DNA from: a virus
IMG/VR virus record: IMGVR_UViG_3300028706_000004
DNA: 64,000 nt
Reading direction: 5' to 3' (one strand)
The notes below the pieces were generated by a model. That model saw only the letters and a list, made by a program, of their open reading frames with translations. It was not told the DNA's origin and searched no databases. Made by a program: the position numbers and the translations under genes. Shown piece by piece: positions 62,595 through 64,000 of this stretch (its first letter is position 1; each line of letters opens with the position of its first letter).

Positions 62595-63848
62595 ATGGCA
62601 TACGACACCGCAGCCCGAAGCAAGGCACTGAAGTGTAAGAAGGACTGCACCTGTGATCGACACGCCGCACCCATGCGCAACCGATCGCTCTCCGCTAAAG
62701 AAGCCAACGCTCGGCTGAAAGAGAAGAACCTCGTCGCACTGGAGCCTTGGCATGGACGCACCACCCAACCTTGGAAGGTCAAGTGCTTGACCTGCGACAC
62801 CAAAGGATCGCCCACTATCGGAAGTCTCTTCGCTACAGGCGGATGCAGGACATGTGGATACCAGCGTCTGGTAGCAGAACGCATCAAGAAGGCAGCAGTC
62901 GACGCAACGGCTTTGATGATCGACAATGGCTTCACCCCTCTAGAGGAGTACACAGGCAGCAAGGTTCCCATGAAATGCCGACACACCTGTGGGGCCACAG
63001 TCACGGTCAAGCCAGTCATGATCAAGCAGGCCATCAAGAAGGGTTGGACCATCACGCAATGTGAGTGCCAAAAGGGAACAGGCGCTAAGCCACGAATCTC
63101 TCAGGAAGCAGTGTTCGAAGAGATGAGGCAAGCAGGGCACGAACCTCTGGAGCCGTTCCTGTCCATCAAGTCACCTTGGCGAACCATCCATGTCGAATGC
63201 GGCGGCGAACGTCACTCCACCCTTGAACTAATCAGACGTGGAGGCTCAGGTTGCTACCCATGTTCACGAAAGTCAATCGACCCCAGCAGCCTCACGGGTG
63301 GTGCCAGCCCTAGATGGTCACACCCACACACCATCAGTCCAGAAGCAGCAGCAGACTACGTTCGTTCCAGAGGGTTCGAACCCATCGACGAATACAGCGG
63401 CTCTCAGAAGAAGTGGAAGATGAAGCACTCATGTGGCGCTGTCGTCACCCCCTCTCTCACGAACCTTAAAGGGGGCTCAGGTTGCAAAGCTTGCCACTCC
63501 TCGTTCAACTACATGGAGGAAGCCATCGTCTACCTCTTGAAGCACACGGGACATAACGCATTGAAGGTAGGCGTTGCAGGCGCAGAGTCCGCTGACCGCA
63601 GAATGGGTGACAACGTTCGCAATGGATTCGCCATCGTAAAGACTTGGGACATCACAACAGGTCAAGAGGCAGAGGACATCGAACAAGAAGTCATACGGCA
63701 CTGGCGACAAGACCTGAACGCACCGCCCAATGTTGAGAAGGCGCACATGCGAGGTGGTCACACTGAGACGGCCAGCATGCGCAAGGTCGGCCTAGCCAAC
63801 ACCATCGACTACATCGACACACTCGCACCCAGAAGGGACACAATCTGA
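62595..63848 (+). CDS. Repeated zinc-ribbon protein with C-terminal GIY-YIG-like nuclease
   Basis: About four W..C/H..CG....l..G.GC..C repeats; VYLL...LKVG..RR..EQEVI. Confidence 0.7.
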   Translation: MAYDTAARSKALKCKKDCTCDRHAAPMRNRSLSAKEANARLKEKNLVALEPWHGRTTQPWKVKCLTCDTKGSPTIGSLFATGGCRTCGYQRLVAERIKKAAVDATALMIDNGFTPLEEYTGSKVPMKCRHTCGATVTVKPVMIKQAIKKGWTITQCECQKGTGAKPRISQEAVFEEMRQAGHEPLEPFLSIKSPWRTIHVECGGERHSTLELIRRGGSGCYPCSRKSIDPSSLTGGASPRWSHPHTISPEAAADYVRSRGFEPIDEYSGSQKKWKMKHSCGAVVTPSLTNLKGGSGCKACHSSFNYMEEAIVYLLKHTGHNALKVGVAGAESADRRMGDNVRNGFAIVKTWDITTGQEAEDIEQEVIRHWRQDLNAPPNVEKAHMRGGHTETASMRKVGLANTIDYIDTLAPRRDTI

Positions 63849-64000
63849 CGGACTACGGGGAACACTTTCGCCCCTTATGGACCACCTGCGGATCTCTTGT
63901 CGCACCCAGCCACTGATGCCACTCGCCATGGCGTCGCCGCGCTAGCCAAAAGGCGGGACTGTGAGTGCCGTAGCTATCTCGGTCACCACTTGACGGAGCC

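Overview
A 64-kb stretch of a large tailed dsDNA phage with a contractile tail (sheath plus tube) and an HK97-type head. Two WhiB genes and a Gram-positive-type LexA box point to an actinobacterial host, possibly aquatic Acidimicrobiia (inference). Left arm (minus strand): terminase, then recombination/nuclease genes, a ParB + PAPS-reductase (IbrAB-like) module, neck genes and tail genes. Middle (plus strand): portal, then about 27 kb of giant head-module genes, then major capsid, SNase, WhiB, primase-helicase. Right: class II RNR, exported proteins, SSB, five tRNAs, endolysin, LysM, second WhiB and a GIY-YIG-like gene. The main discovery is the portal-to-capsid interval. The prohead protease and four other giant proteins (913-2201 aa) are punctuated by at least 20 G-[M/L/I/V]-R-S tetrapeptides, 13 of them exactly GMRS. 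Four of the five also carry a shared FDxxAxDGDxDGxxQEGT motif. The GxRS sites bracket cassette-like modules, one of which recurs three times in two genes. Cargo domains resemble zeta toxin, ADP-ribosyltransferase folds, zincin peptidases, ParB and a pseudokinase. The working hypothesis is a tag-addressed, proteolytically processed, capsid-packaged effector polyprotein system. Domain calls are from motif recognition by eye; no database searches were run.
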